64,000 bases of DNA from Octopus bimaculoides (taxonomy: Eukaryota). Position 1 is the first letter of the stretch. Each line of letters starts with the position of its first letter. Under the pieces are notes generated by a model. The model made no database searches, was not told the DNA's origin, and worked only from the letters and a program-made list of their open reading frames with translations. The translations under genes were made by a program, and so were the position numbers. The stretch is taken from NCBI RefSeq assembly GCF_001194135.2, contig NC_068988.1, forward strand, positions 67,256,209 to 67,320,208. The letters run 5' to 3'. This document shows, piece by piece, positions 62,845 through 64,000 of the stretch.

Positions 62845-64000
62845 AAAATACCCTGTTGTTGATGTTGAAATTCCAATGAAGGAATCTGGATCTAGGTTAG
62901 AAACCGGTTCTTTCTCTTTTGGCAAGAAATCTTGAAATAAACTGATTAATTACAGACATGCATACAATAGACATACACACACACACAACACGTACACGCA
63001 CACACAACACGTACACGCACACACACACACGCAATTGAAATTTATAACTTTAAATGAAAAAGGACTTTACATGTTTTACAGAATAAAACAATGCTTTGAA
63101 ACTGTAAAAATATTTTTTGAACATTCATAGCTAATTTAATCGGAGAACGTTTATTTACTTGAAGAATATCAGTGTTTCATTCTATTGATGTCGAGTCTTT
63201 GTACCATTTATTTACAGGGCATTTGTCAATTTTAGGTAAATTTCGCATAGTTTATGGCATAGAACATAAAACAGTGGCTTATAAAACATAATGTATTTCA
63301 TGGAGTATCTTTAAGACAGCTACCGTGTTTTGCAGCCTTATTTATCCGGACTGAATCTCATTAAGTTTCGTACTTCAATTATAAATGAAAATAAAAGAAA
63401 TAAAGCAAAATTATGGTATTGAAAGTAATAAGTGTCTGTAGTTTAAAACGGCCAATAATATATATGGATAATGTTTCTAATTATTGAATATTTGTGGACA
63501 CACTTTTGAGATTGAGGTTAAACATAAATGCTTATCTTGCAACCACTGTCAACAGGATTAATTAATTAATGAAAATTTCATTATTTTCTGTTTACATGAA
63601 AAGAAATTGTCTAATGAGAAGTAATGACAGATAAGACGTCGGGAATATTTATACTGTCAACATTAATTTACTGATTCAGAAGTAAATGTTTTGCTTCTTT
63701 AAGTAGAGATTTAGTGAGACATTGGACTAACAATTATAGACAGATGTATTGAAATATGTTTATTAACATTTTGCTGCTCATTCTGTATTGCTCCATTAGC
63801 TATAGCTGAACGCGTTGGCTAAATTTTTAAATAAATGATAAAGGATATCGGAGATAAATGTGAGCACAAAACAGACTTAAATTGATTAGTTTGCGTGTTG
63901 GCAATATTTAATTTTAATCTTTCTGGAATTAAAGATAGGAAGAAATATTTCAAATCCAGTAATTGAAAGAAACAACCAATGCAACAGAGCTAAAGATTAA

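Noticed and set aside
58764-64000. Preceding receptor exon ending in phase 1
   Set aside because: No convincing candidate; the region is mostly R4-like LINEs and AT-rich sequence.

Overview
AT-rich, microsatellite- and SINE-dense animal genomic DNA with about ten assembly gaps. The repeat landscape suggests a cephalopod, probably Octopus (inference). The only host gene I can support is on the minus strand. It has two consecutive exons, 58763..58652 and 1675..1480, encoding part of the extracellular ANF-receptor ligand-binding domain of a natriuretic-peptide-receptor / receptor guanylyl cyclase-like protein. They join through a split Ser codon (AG|T) across one 56,976-bp GT-AG intron. The intron and the region beyond the upstream exon are full of decayed mobile elements: four R4/Dong-clade RLE LINE copies, a HERO/NeSL-like RLE LINE, L1/Tx1-like LINE pieces, a Penelope (RT + GIY-YIG), a Gypsy gag-PR-RT remnant, two DD37D (maT) and one DD34D mariner relics, a TA-flanked MITE, several tRNA-derived SINE families and an ~870-bp foldback. 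The most unusual observations are (1) a Penelope whose terminal repeat, also present inverted at its 5' end, carries a tRNA-derived Pol III head, (2) head-to-tail R4-like LINEs bounded by (TACA)n, next to a (TAA)n-bounded subfamily, (3) a hammerhead-like motif, and (4) an unassigned ORF-rich island at 37.0-37.6 kb. All family assignments come from motif recognition by eye. No database search was run, and repeat boundaries are approximate unless tied to a splice site, TIR or TA dinucleotide.
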